A DNA stretch of 64,000 nt from Candidatus Kapaibacterium sp. GTDB taxonomy: Bacteria; Bacteroidota; Ignavibacteria; Kapaibacteriales; UBA2268. Every line of letters begins with the position of its first letter. Within the stretch, counting starts at the first letter, position 1. Below the pieces are notes generated by a model. It was not told the origin of the DNA. It ran no database searches and was given only the letters and a program-made list of their open reading frames with translations. The stretch spans positions 1,440,001 to 1,504,000 of the forward strand of contig OY761611.1 of assembly GCA_963664875.1 (NCBI GenBank). The letters run 5' to 3'. Positions 10,682 to 20,359 of this stretch are shown here, in pieces. The position numbers and the translations under genes are program-made.

Positions 10682-11338
10682 GTGAAAATCGTGAAATATT
10701 CAAAACAATCACTTATGATTCTCTGTATGGGCTTTATAATTGCGACCATATTAACTGTAGGTTGCTCATCTACCGGGATGGAAAGATCTGAAAAGACATC
10801 TACAACTATGGAAGATATGGATAACGATCTAAAAATTGTTATCGCACAATTAAACATTACAGGCTCTTCCCTCGGAGCTCTAATGAGACCAAATCAACAA
10901 GAGATAAAAAAAACATTTGTTGCATTCTCAGAGAATGTTTCACAAATGGAAAATAAAGAAAAAGACTTCATTAAGCATGCTGAAGCAATGAAAAACCGAG
11001 GAAAAGAATACTTTACTGAATGGGAAAAAGAAGGTAATGAATATAAAAATCCGCAAATACAAGCGCTCAGCGAACAGAGGCGAGACGAACTAGGGACAAT
11101 TTATAATGAAATCGCTGCGAGTAGTATAGGAGTAAAAGAAGCATATAGAATTTACTTATCAGATATAAAAGAATTGCAAATTTATCTTTCAAATGACCTT
11201 ACCTCAAAAGGAATAGAAATGATTGTACCTGTTTCAAAAAAAGTAGTCAGCGATGGGGAGAATCTAAAATATTCCTTGATAGTACTTCAAAGAGCAATTG
11301 ACAAAGCCAGAGAAGAAATGTCTCAAAGTGGCAGATAA
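10682..11338 (+). CDS. Helical lipoprotein, DUF2959-like
   Basis: Lipobox LTVGC; EYFTEWEKE and YLSNDLT motifs; start may be the GTG at 10691. Confidence 0.7.
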   Translation: MKIVKYSKQSLMILCMGFIIATILTVGCSSTGMERSEKTSTTMEDMDNDLKIVIAQLNITGSSLGALMRPNQQEIKKTFVAFSENVSQMENKEKDFIKHAEAMKNRGKEYFTEWEKEGNEYKNPQIQALSEQRRDELGTIYNEIAASSIGVKEAYRIYLSDIKELQIYLSNDLTSKGIEMIVPVSKKVVSDGENLKYSLIVLQRAIDKAREEMSQSGR

Positions 11339-11434
11339 TATGTAGTGTACAATAACCTCTTTCTCTAATATTGGTAGTGTAAATTAAACTCTGTCTGTTT
11401 TATTTCTATAGAAGAAAACTCTGGGATGTGATTG

Positions 11435-11515
11435 TTAGAGATTCAACTTATTAAAAGCATCTGCATCTTTTACTGAAGCATCTCCAAATTTCAAAACTTT
11501 TAGACTAAGATTCAT
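11435..11515 (-). pseudogene. Truncated lysC 5' fragment (MNLSLKVLKFGDASVKDADAFNKLNL*)
   Basis: Copy of lysC codons 1-21 with KFGG changed to KFGD, then 5 unrelated codons and TAA. Confidence 0.85.
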
Positions 11516-11592
11516 AATCTTTACAAAATATTATAACAAATACGTTTAAACAAATGTATATCTTAGACTTGACTAATAAAAGAGATATTTTG
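11452..11592. repeat. Direct repeat copy 2 of the lysC upstream region/5' end
   Basis: Matches 6126-6266. Confidence 0.95.
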
Positions 11593-11634
11593 TAATTTTG
11601 TGAATGATTATAGACACGATCTTTGCTATTTCCC

Positions 11635-11673
11635 AAAAAAAAGCTGCCAAGCATAAAGCCCGGCAGCCTTTTT
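11635..11673 (-). terminator. Intrinsic terminator after the nitronate monooxygenase-family gene
   Basis: aaaaaaaagctgcc...ggcagccttttt hairpin with tails on both sides. Confidence 0.75.
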
Positions 11674-11698
11674 ATAATGCAATTATTTATAAAAGCTA

Positions 11699-12820
11699 TC
11701 AAGCTTTTGCAAGTTTATTGACTAATGAAAATTTTGCAGCTAATTCAGCAAGATTATATTCTTCAATCAGTTCGTCGAATATCTCTTTCACTGATTGCAA
11801 TTTTGTGGCTTTGTAGGCATTCGCTCCTGCAAAAGCAAACCCGTCGTTCATAATGCCTTTAGCTGATTTAAATAAAGTTTCAGCGATGCAATACTGAATA
11901 TTCCTAAAATCACAATTTTTGAGACATTGCCAGGAACATTTGAAAGGTTTTATTTCTCCGTCTAATAGGCGAGCAACATATTCATTTTTAATTACTCTCC
12001 CCGGCAAACCAACCGGGCTATTAATTATCATAATATCTTCTTTTTTACAGTTGATGTATGCCTCTTTGAAGCCCAATGCAGCGTCACACTCGTGACTTGT
12101 GACAAACTTTGTGCCCATCTTAACTGCACTTGCTCCGTGCTGAATGATTTCGTAAATATCGCTTCCTGAATAAATCCCACCTGCTGCTATCACAGGAATA
12201 TCTCTACCGAATCGTTCGATATAAGGTTGCACCTCTTTTACACAATCTTCGATGATAGATGACAGTGTAATATCGGGATTATCCAAATCTTTCCTTTTGA
12301 AGCCGAGATGCCCTCCTGCAAGTGGACCTTCGACCACAAATGCGTCCGGAATATAATTATACTTTTCAGACCAATATTTCAGAATAACTCTTATAGCTTT
12401 AGCAGAAGATACTTTCGGAACAAACTTCGTCTTTATATTTTGAAAACCCTTAGATAGGATTTTCTCTGACATATTCAATGGTAGCCCGGCACCCATAAAT
12501 ATTACATCTATACCTTCGGCTATTGCCGTATTAATCAATTCTTCAGAATCGTTTGCAGCCAACATTATATTCACACCAAGCACGCCATCAGTCATTTTTC
12601 TAGCATTTCTGATTTCACGTTTTAGGGCAATTTGATTGGACTCTTTTATATTTTTAGCATAATTCGGTTCGGTCATCCCTATACTTACTGCTGATATTAC
12701 TCCAATCCCCCCTTGATTGGCGACAGCAGAAGCAAGACGAGAAAGGGAAATAGCAACACCCATTCCGCCTTGAATTATAGGTAATTTGATACGCAAATCG
12801 CCAATTTTAAACTCTTTCAT
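11699..12820 (-). CDS. Nitronate monooxygenase / FabK-like flavoprotein
   Basis: PIIQGGMGV, VVEGPLAGGHLG, PVIAAGGI, GTKFVTSHECDA, SPVGLPGR, Cys-rich C-terminal motif; start trimmed to MKEFKIG. Confidence 0.9.
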   Translation of the reverse strand: MKEFKIGDLRIKLPIIQGGMGVAISLSRLASAVANQGGIGVISAVSIGMTEPNYAKNIKESNQIALKREIRNARKMTDGVLGVNIMLAANDSEELINTAIAEGIDVIFMGAGLPLNMSEKILSKGFQNIKTKFVPKVSSAKAIRVILKYWSEKYNYIPDAFVVEGPLAGGHLGFKRKDLDNPDITLSSIIEDCVKEVQPYIERFGRDIPVIAAGGIYSGSDIYEIIQHGASAVKMGTKFVTSHECDAALGFKEAYINCKKEDIMIINSPVGLPGRVIKNEYVARLLDGEIKPFKCSWQCLKNCDFRNIQYCIAETLFKSAKGIMNDGFAFAGANAYKATKLQSVKEIFDELIEEYNLAELAAKFSLVNKLAKA

Positions 12821-13074
12821 ATCTTCTTTCCACTTAAACAATAGATTAGCAAACTTAACCAATTATTTCTACGTAACGGCAATCAATTTCGAATAAAAAT
12901 TTACTTTTTGAGAATTGAACGCCTTTTCGATGATTATTAGGCATTATTCCACACTATTGAACTAATATTTGCACTAACGACGAAGCCACTTTTTTCTTTG
13001 TTCAAATAAATTATTGCTATGGACTTTTCTATGCTTATATTAGATATGTAAATTAAAATAATCAGGCGGTATAT

Positions 13075-16000
13075 ATGAAATCTTTCTATACATCTTTAAT
13101 TGCACTTTTCTTATTCCTTAGCAGCAATGCTATTTTTGCTCAGAACAGTCCTGACTTTTTCAAAACTATACCGGTCATTGATGAAAATACTCCGGAATGG
13201 GCAAAGCTAATGTATTCTGATAATCCTAATGTACCAAAAGTTGAGAATTTGTATAAAGAATACTACAAAACGCATAAGTTTGTAAAAAATGTGCATACTC
13301 AAAATCACAAACATTGGCTCCGCATAGTAGAACCTCTTTTAGATAGTGATGGCTATATAAAACAAAAAAGCAGAAAAGAAGAAAACTTAGACCAGCAGAG
13401 ACTAAAGGACAGATTTCGTGAAAATACATTAAGTAGTGTCGGTAAAGCCTCCGGTTGGAGGGCAATGGGGCCATTTGAAACATTTAAAAAAAATACAACT
13501 TTGCCTATTTCCTGGCATAAAAATATTTATGCTATTGACCAATCCCTGTCTAATCCCAATATTCTTATCTGCGGCACTGAAGCCGGAGGGGTTTACAAAT
13601 CTATAGATAAGGCTGCCAACTGGGTTCTTATTTCAAAAGGCGAAGTATTTGCCGGTGGTAATTCCGCTGTAAAAATTCACCCTACCAATCCTTATAATTT
13701 CCTTGTTGCTTCCAACAGAAGAATATACCAATCCTTAGATGGTGGAGCAACATGGCAGGAACGTCATTATACCAATGGCGAAGGAAATGAATTCCAATAC
13801 TCCCCTGCTGATTCGAAAACAATCTTCCATACTTCAACTTCGGGTTTATTCAAAACCACAGATGGAGGAGGCACTTGGGAAAAGATTTTTTCAGAAAAGT
13901 GCTGGGATATTGACTTCCACCCTACAAACAACAATACTGCATATCTACTAAAAGCAAACGAACAGGCAAAAAGAAATGAATTTTTCAGAAGTACAGACGG
14001 TGGCAGTACCTGGGCTATACAGGATAATGGATTTTATGAACCTTCAGATTGGAATAATGCATCTAATTCCGGTGGCAAAATCGCTGTAACTCCTGCCTCT
14101 CCGGATCTTGTTTATGTTTGTCTGATAGGTAATTCCAAAGCAGATGACGATGGCTGGATTGGTGTTTACCGTAGCACTGACAAAGGTGAAAATTGGGTAA
14201 ATCCCGCAGGTCAAAACGGTGGCCCGTATGGAGCGATAAACTCACAAACTTCTGTTTGGAATGTCGCTGCTTATGACGGTGGTTATCATCAGGGCTTTTT
14301 CAATTTTGACTTAGAAGCCAGCAGTATAGACCCTAATAAAATATGGGTTGCTACAATTCGCCTTTCCGAATCGACAGACGGAGGGAAAACATTTACTTCT
14401 ATTGGTGCGGCAAACTCACAGCGCCTGTCGGATATTCATGCAGACGTGCAGGATATTGAAGTAAACGGCAATGATATTTGGGTCGCGTCCGATGGTGGTG
14501 TAAATTATTCAAACGATGAACTAAACTCCCACGTAGCTCTCAATAAAGGCATATTAGCCGCAGATTTTTGGGGTTTTAATACAGGTTGGAACGAAGACAC
14601 TTTTACCGGAGGCAAATACCACGACGGCACAAGTGGCTGGTACGAAGGTTACGGAACCGGAAATGCTTATAATATCGGTGGAGTCGAAGAAGCATCAGGC
14701 TATGTACACCCTATAGAAAGTAGAAAAATGCTTTTTAGAACACACTACAATAGTTCGAATACCACTGTGCTCACTATACCCGAAAAATTTGGTGAAACAA
14801 TAAAAAACAATCCTACTTTTCCTATCAGACCAAATGAATCATATAATACTGCTGAACGTAGTGGCGTTTATTTCGATCCGAGATATTCCAATCATATTTA
14901 TGTAGGTCTCGAAAATAAAGTTTATAAATCAACTGACGGCGGTGTCAATTTTGAAATATTATATTCTTTTCCGGGTGATGACGGTTTAGTGTATGAAATG
15001 GAAATCGCACGCAGCAATCCGGATGTAATATATGCTATTTATAATCCTAAAGGTACATATTGGGATCCTTGTGAAGTATGGAAAACTACAGACGCAGGCA
15101 AAAGCTGGAAGAAAACAGAAACAAACCCTGCGGGCAATAACAAACGTCTGCGTATCACTATCAATCCTGAAGATGAAAATGACATCTGGACCTGCACTCC
15201 GAGAGGAGAAGACGACGGCAGAGTAAGCTCTTCAAGTGATGGTGGCAAAACTTGGATTAATAGAACAACAAGCGTTTTGGACAAAGAAAATTTAAGAGAT
15301 ATCCTTTATCAGGGCGGAACTGATGACATAGTTTATTTAGTATCTCTAAATGGCGTTTACTATTGGGATAAAACTTCTGCAAACTGGATAGATTATTCTC
15401 AAGACTTACCTCTGATTGCAAACTCTCTGCAGATAAACCCGTTTTACAGAGATTCAGAATTACGACTTGCTTCAAGCGGCAGAGGCGTATGGGCTAGAAA
15501 AATGGTTGATACATTATTCAATCCGATAGCTCAGCCTATTACATATAATGATCTAATCGACTGTGCAAGAGATACTGTAAAATTTGACTGTTATTCTATA
15601 CTCAATCATGATGGCGCTAAATGGCAGTGGTCATTTTCTCCTGAACCTTTATATGTAAGCTCAAGCTCTGCAAGAAACCCAAAAGTTGTTTTTGGTGCCG
15701 AAGGACCTTATGACGTTAGCCTAACTGTTAAAGACAAACAAGGCAGATCAAGTACAAAAACTATTGAAAACATGATTACTGTTCGCAACCTCTGCGAACC
15801 TGATGATTTGGCAGGAAATGCTCTTAAGCTTTCAAAAGACGGCGATTACTTCGTATCTCCTGAACTAAACTTATCGAATATAACTCATTTCACAGCCACT
15901 GCCTGGATAAAACCAAACGGAGAGCAGGAGGGCTTTGCGGGCATAGTATCTAATGGCGAATGGTGCGCTCATTGCGACACACCAATCGGACTTATATTTG

Positions 16001-17511
16001 ATTATTATGGTGAAAAGCTATATTACAGATGGCCAAACGGTTCAGGTTGGGCAGGTAATAGCGGCATGACAGTCCCTTTAGACAAATGGTCTTTTGTTGC
16101 AATAACTGTTACTCCTGATTCAGTAACTCTATATCTGAATAATCAGCAGTGGGTTTCCAAAGTTTCTCTCAATCCGGTTGATTTGCCTCTTTTATACATT
16201 GGTGCGGGGCATTATTCAAGCTATTTCAAAGGGAACATAGACGAAGTTACAATCTGGAATCGTGCTCTCTCTCAATCTGAAATCAGAAACCTGAAACATC
16301 TTACTAAAAAAGATATAGTTGCAGACGACCCCGGCTTAGTAGCTTATTACCAATTTAATACTTTCTCCGGAGATGCCACTTATGACAATGCTCGCGGCAA
16401 TCATGGCTGGCTTTCAGGTGGTGCATCATTAGAGAATTCGACTGCTCCTGTCGGTCCCGGGACAAGCGAACTAATCACAATAGACAAAGCCGGTACTTTT
16501 ACATCAGAAACAACCGGAGTTGAGATTGAATTTGCTGATTCTAATCCGCAGGGAGATATAGTTATATCAAGATTGAATGTATTGCCGGATAGTCTTCCTA
16601 ACACAAATCCTTCTATCAGAAATTATTGGATAATCAATAACTACGGTAGCGGAGATTTTGATGCTATAAAAAATATCAAATTTGCATCCTCTGCCGGTTA
16701 TCCAATTGGCACACCTGCAGATGCAAAGCTTTTTGTTAGAGACGAATATGAACATTTGAACAGCTGGGATGATTTATGTGGTGCGAGTAACTACGACGAT
16801 AATACTTACCACTATAGAGACTTTTGTGGCTTAACTAATACTCATCAATTCTTTATCCAGTCACGAAATCAGTCGGACATACATAAATGGTTTGCGGTGC
16901 AGAATATTGATACTACAATTTGCTCTTATGAAAGTATTTTTCTTGCCGGCGAGTGGCGAGACACACCGGGAGTCTATATCGACACCGTAAATATTTCTCC
17001 GGCTCTCGATAGCGTATATATTACTTCGCTCACAATCGCCGAGGTGGATACGACTGTAACACTCGAAGAAGCTACATTAACTGCACACGCTACAAAAGCA
17101 GAATACCAATGGATAGACTGCTCAACTATGCAGCCTATTCCGAGCGCAACTGCAAATACTTTCACCGCAGAAGCTGACGGAAACTATGCGGTTGAAGTTA
17201 TTCAATATGGCTGTGCAGATACTTCTTCCTGCTATGCGGTAAACGTATCGGGAGTGTTAGAGAGCAATTTTAATTATAAAATCAGTCTCTTCCCTAATCC
17301 GACTGATGGAAAAATCAGCATTGATTTAAGCATTCCATATCAAAATATCGAATGTAAAATTTACAATGCGACAGGACAACTAATAGACACCGAAGCATTC
17401 AGTAACATAAGCCAAATTAATTACACACTCGAAGGAGCTACGGGCTACTATCTCATAGAAATTAGCAGCTCGGATGGTAAGAAAGCTGTTTTGAAGGTGC
17501 TGAAGAAGTAA
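13075..17511 (+). CDS. Secreted BNR/VPS10-like beta-propeller + PKD + LamG protein with T9SS type A sorting domain
   Basis: Many S/T-x-D-G-G-x-T-W Asp-boxes, PKD-like GPYDVSLTV, LamG FKGNIDEVTIWNRALS, C-terminal LFPNPT...YYLIEI...KVLKK. Confidence 0.88.
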   Translation: MKSFYTSLIALFLFLSSNAIFAQNSPDFFKTIPVIDENTPEWAKLMYSDNPNVPKVENLYKEYYKTHKFVKNVHTQNHKHWLRIVEPLLDSDGYIKQKSRKEENLDQQRLKDRFRENTLSSVGKASGWRAMGPFETFKKNTTLPISWHKNIYAIDQSLSNPNILICGTEAGGVYKSIDKAANWVLISKGEVFAGGNSAVKIHPTNPYNFLVASNRRIYQSLDGGATWQERHYTNGEGNEFQYSPADSKTIFHTSTSGLFKTTDGGGTWEKIFSEKCWDIDFHPTNNNTAYLLKANEQAKRNEFFRSTDGGSTWAIQDNGFYEPSDWNNASNSGGKIAVTPASPDLVYVCLIGNSKADDDGWIGVYRSTDKGENWVNPAGQNGGPYGAINSQTSVWNVAAYDGGYHQGFFNFDLEASSIDPNKIWVATIRLSESTDGGKTFTSIGAANSQRLSDIHADVQDIEVNGNDIWVASDGGVNYSNDELNSHVALNKGILAADFWGFNTGWNEDTFTGGKYHDGTSGWYEGYGTGNAYNIGGVEEASGYVHPIESRKMLFRTHYNSSNTTVLTIPEKFGETIKNNPTFPIRPNESYNTAERSGVYFDPRYSNHIYVGLENKVYKSTDGGVNFEILYSFPGDDGLVYEMEIARSNPDVIYAIYNPKGTYWDPCEVWKTTDAGKSWKKTETNPAGNNKRLRITINPEDENDIWTCTPRGEDDGRVSSSSDGGKTWINRTTSVLDKENLRDILYQGGTDDIVYLVSLNGVYYWDKTSANWIDYSQDLPLIANSLQINPFYRDSELRLASSGRGVWARKMVDTLFNPIAQPITYNDLIDCARDTVKFDCYSILNHDGAKWQWSFSPEPLYVSSSSARNPKVVFGAEGPYDVSLTVKDKQGRSSTKTIENMITVRNLCEPDDLAGNALKLSKDGDYFVSPELNLSNITHFTATAWIKPNGEQEGFAGIVSNGEWCAHCDTPIGLIFDYYGEKLYYRWPNGSGWAGNSGMTVPLDKWSFVAITVTPDSVTLYLNNQQWVSKVSLNPVDLPLLYIGAGHYSSYFKGNIDEVTIWNRALSQSEIRNLKHLTKKDIVADDPGLVAYYQFNTFSGDATYDNARGNHGWLSGGASLENSTAPVGPGTSELITIDKAGTFTSETTGVEIEFADSNPQGDIVISRLNVLPDSLPNTNPSIRNYWIINNYGSGDFDAIKNIKFASSAGYPIGTPADAKLFVRDEYEHLNSWDDLCGASNYDDNTYHYRDFCGLTNTHQFFIQSRNQSDIHKWFAVQNIDTTICSYESIFLAGEWRDTPGVYIDTVNISPALDSVYITSLTIAEVDTTVTLEEATLTAHATKAEYQWIDCSTMQPIPSATANTFTAEADGNYAVEVIQYGCADTSSCYAVNVSGVLESNFNYKISLFPNPTDGKISIDLSIPYQNIECKIYNATGQLIDTEAFSNISQINYTLEGATGYYLIEISSSDGKKAVLKVLKK

Positions 17512-17568
17512 AAATATATATTTTATAGCAAAGCTGCTTAGGAATTGTTTCCTGAGCAGCTTTGTTTT
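17443..17568. repeat. Direct repeat copy 1: last 23 codons of the T9SS protein + terminator
   Basis: Matches 19516-19644. Confidence 0.9.
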
Positions 17569-17570
17569 TT
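17528..17570 (+). terminator. Intrinsic terminator
   Basis: gcaaagctgcttagga-attgtt-tcctgagcagctttgt followed by a T run. Confidence 0.85.
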
Positions 17571-17585
17571 AAGAATTTGGTTTCC

Positions 17586-17608
17586 CACCCATACACCACT
17601 TGCAGAAC
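17586..17608 (-). repeat. Fragment of the phosphatase 3' end (VLQVVYG)
   Basis: 19-bp identity with 21012-21030 plus two synonymous codons (gtt ctg vs gtc ttg). Confidence 0.7.
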
Positions 17609-17615
17609 GTAAACT

Positions 17616-17843
17616 CTATTTTACAACAGAAATTCCGCTTAATGTCGGAATAACAGACAGTATGTGTTTGTCTCCTTTTCTGTCAACTTCAATTTTTATA
17701 ATTGGTGTTTCGCTATCTGAAGTCTCAATAGTTTCGATTTTGGGTTTAAAGCATCTATCTATTTTATATAACTTTTGTTTAGTTGATTCCATATAAAGGT
17801 AATTTAGAAATTCTTGGTGGAAGATCAGTTTAAGAAACTGCAT
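17616..17843 (-). pseudogene. Probable gene remnant / small hypothetical protein
   Basis: 75-aa ORF; the C-terminal half looks protein-like; no recognisable family. Confidence 0.3.
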
Positions 17844-17871
17844 CTGTTTATAAATGCTGTATCGTTATGCT

Positions 17872-19266
17872 CTACTCAATGCCTATCCCATGTTTCTCTA
17901 ACAGCTCTCGGATACTTTCAGACCAGGTGCCACTATCCCAAATGCTTTTTCTTTGTTGCATTATTTCTTTTAAGCTAATGTTTGTTTCTGAGTATTTAAA
18001 AGACAATAGAGTATTAGCAATATGAAAAATATCATATTTAGTAGTATTTACTCGCAATCTGCTCAGTAAATTATCAGTTGTCTTCGAAAGATGATTCGAC
18101 TCTATGCAGTCAAGAAATGGTTTAAGTTCAAGAAAATCAGCCGATAATACATTTTTATTACAAATTGTAATTAGCTTTTCAGCATCATGAATTGCGATAG
18201 TTTGAAGCATCAAAGGAAGGATTAATTCATCTGTTCCATAATTATAGTCAATTTCAATTAGATTGAATTTATCATCAGAAAGTAGCCCCTTCACAAATGA
18301 CTCAGATGCCTTTTCTGGATTCTGAGCAATAAATTTTTGAGTTATTGTGTAATCAATTGTCTTTTTTTCTTCCCAAATTTTTAAGATCATATCTTTGTAT
18401 AAAGGGCAGTAATTTTTGATTAGAGCTTTGTCTAAGTTTGTTATTTGTTCTAATGTGCAACTATGGTAAATTTCAGATAAGACATTTAAAGCGGCAGTAT
18501 CCTGGAAGCTAGACAGAGCTATAAAATAATCTAGAGATTTTTCTTCTGATTTGAAGCTTAATAAAAAATTCCAAAAACCTTCATCAGGAAAATATGATAT
18601 CGCTTCAAAAGATTCTTTTCCTTGTGATATAAAAAATGGAATATCTTCTTTATTTCTATACTTAGCTAAAGCTATCAGAGGATTAGTATTCCATTCTACT
18701 TCGGCAAGTTTTTTTATTCTGTCATAAGTTTTTGGATTTGCTTTGTTATTCTCCAATGCATATATCATGACAAATACATCTTTATCAGAATAAAGTAAGA
18801 GACTGTCCATTTTAGCAATTTGAGATTGAAAAAATATGCTGTCTTGATCTGTAATTTCAAATAAGTGCCCCTGAGATTGAATTCTAAAGTATAGTGTGCT
18901 TGCAATATGAAAATCACCACCTATACATACCCGTTGGTAATGTACCATCTCATCAGTTGCTAAAAATTCAGCAAAAATATCACTTAAAAATGGATATTTC
19001 CTATCTGCAAGAGCCCAGCCTGCGTATGCTTTAACCACGGAATTTGTATTTTTAAGTAATGTCTTTAGTTCTTCAATAGAAGCAGAATCTCTTAGTTTCT
19101 CATAATGTTTATATTGTTCAGAAGGTGACCCCATGTCTACAGTTTCATATTGCAATTCGTTACATTTTGCAATTGTATCTATTTGGTTTTGTATCTCAGG
19201 TCTAATTCTCTTCGCAAAAGCAGTCGAAGTATAGAGCATCAATAGGATTATCAAAATTGGCTTCAT
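17872..19266 (-). CDS. Exported alpha-helical (HEAT-like) hypothetical protein, paralog A
   Basis: Signal peptide; ELKTLLKNTNSVVKAYAGWAL HEAT-like motif; alignable end to end with 23577-24977. Confidence 0.75.
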   Translation of the reverse strand: MKPILIILLMLYTSTAFAKRIRPEIQNQIDTIAKCNELQYETVDMGSPSEQYKHYEKLRDSASIEELKTLLKNTNSVVKAYAGWALADRKYPFLSDIFAEFLATDEMVHYQRVCIGGDFHIASTLYFRIQSQGHLFEITDQDSIFFQSQIAKMDSLLLYSDKDVFVMIYALENNKANPKTYDRIKKLAEVEWNTNPLIALAKYRNKEDIPFFISQGKESFEAISYFPDEGFWNFLLSFKSEEKSLDYFIALSSFQDTAALNVLSEIYHSCTLEQITNLDKALIKNYCPLYKDMILKIWEEKKTIDYTITQKFIAQNPEKASESFVKGLLSDDKFNLIEIDYNYGTDELILPLMLQTIAIHDAEKLITICNKNVLSADFLELKPFLDCIESNHLSKTTDNLLSRLRVNTTKYDIFHIANTLLSFKYSETNISLKEIMQQRKSIWDSGTWSESIRELLEKHGIGIE

Positions 19267-19404
19267 ATATCAGTTATATATTTTCTAAATCACTTTTAAA
19301 TATAAAACAATATAACAAACTTGTAATAAATATGAAGACAAAATTCTATAAAGTTTGTTCAAATAATCCTATATTCCATAAACACTTTAAAAGAGGACGT
19401 TATC

Positions 19405-19584
19405 ATGGCTATGTATATAGACGGCTTCGCTTTCCCTATTCCTAAAGCTCATTTAGATGAATACAAAGAGGTGGTGGATAAAGTTGCCGAAATCTGGAAA
19501 GAATATGGCGCAACTGGCTACTATCTCATTGAAATTAGCAGTTCAAACGGCAAGAATGCTGTTTTGAAGGTGCTGAAGAAGTAA
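19405..19584 (+). pseudogene. Chimeric 59-aa ORF: DUF1428 (YbaA-like) N-terminus fused in frame to the T9SS tail
   Basis: MAMYIDGFAFPIPKAHLDEYKEVVDKVAEIWKEYGATGYYLIEISSSNGKNAVLKVLKK; agagga RBS; just below the ORF-track cutoff. Confidence 0.75.
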
Positions 19585-19644
19585 ATACATATATTTTTAA
19601 TAAGCAAAGCTGCTTAGTAATGGTTTCCTGAGTAGCTTTGTTTT
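19516..19644. repeat. Direct repeat copy 2: T9SS tail + terminator
   Basis: Matches 17443-17568; hairpin gcaaagctgcttag...ctgagtagctttg retained. Confidence 0.9.
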
Positions 19645-19659
19645 ATAAATCCTTAATCA

Positions 19660-20292
19660 TTACACCGCACCTTCACCTTTTATTACAGCAGGTATTGTTT
19701 TTAGTATAATCTCAAAATCAAGCGAAATTGAAAACCTTCGGATATACTCTATATCATATTTCATCATGTATTCTGCTTTTGTATTGTTTTTCCTGTCCTT
19801 GATTTGCCACAGACCTGTCAAACCGGGCTTAACTGATGAACGAATTTTACTAAATTGAGGCAATTTACTCAACATATCTGGAACTAAAGGGCGAGGACCT
19901 ACAAAACTCATGTCTCCTCTTAGAATATTGAAAAGCTGAGGCAACTCATCTAAACTTGATTTCCGTAAAAATGAACCCACTGGAGTAACACGTCTATCTT
20001 TAGAAGATTTATTCAGTTTGCTATCTGAATGATTGTATTCTAAAGTGCATTTGTCTATATACATAGATCTGAATTTATACATATAAAATCGCTTTTCACT
20101 TTTACCAATACGTTCTTGTAAAAACAGAGCAGATCCTTTTGAGGTCAACCTTATTGCAATAATGATTGCAATTATTAATGGTGATAAGATGAGTATCAAG
20201 AAGAGCGAGATGATAAAATCCAACACTCGTTTTAAAACAAATTGGGATTTCTTTGAGGATTGTATGTCTGTATTAATATCCAGTACCAGCAT
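19660..20292 (-). CDS. Bacterial sugar (phosphoglycosyl) transferase, WcaJ/PglC-like
   Basis: KRVLDF, YKFRSM, FLRKSSLDELPQLFNILRGDMSFVGPRP, KPGLTGLWQ. Confidence 0.93.
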   Translation of the reverse strand: MLVLDINTDIQSSKKSQFVLKRVLDFIISLFLILILSPLIIAIIIAIRLTSKGSALFLQERIGKSEKRFYMYKFRSMYIDKCTLEYNHSDSKLNKSSKDRRVTPVGSFLRKSSLDELPQLFNILRGDMSFVGPRPLVPDMLSKLPQFSKIRSSVKPGLTGLWQIKDRKNNTKAEYMMKYDIEYIRRFSISLDFEIILKTIPAVIKGEGAV

Positions 20293-20359
20293 ATACTCTT
20301 TCTCTCAATAATTCTGGATTATTGCTCAAATATATAAACACATCATAATAAAAAACGTC

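Noticed and set aside
19257-19445. 62-aa ORF in the track
   Set aside because: Spans intergenic DNA; the supported reading frame is 19405-19584
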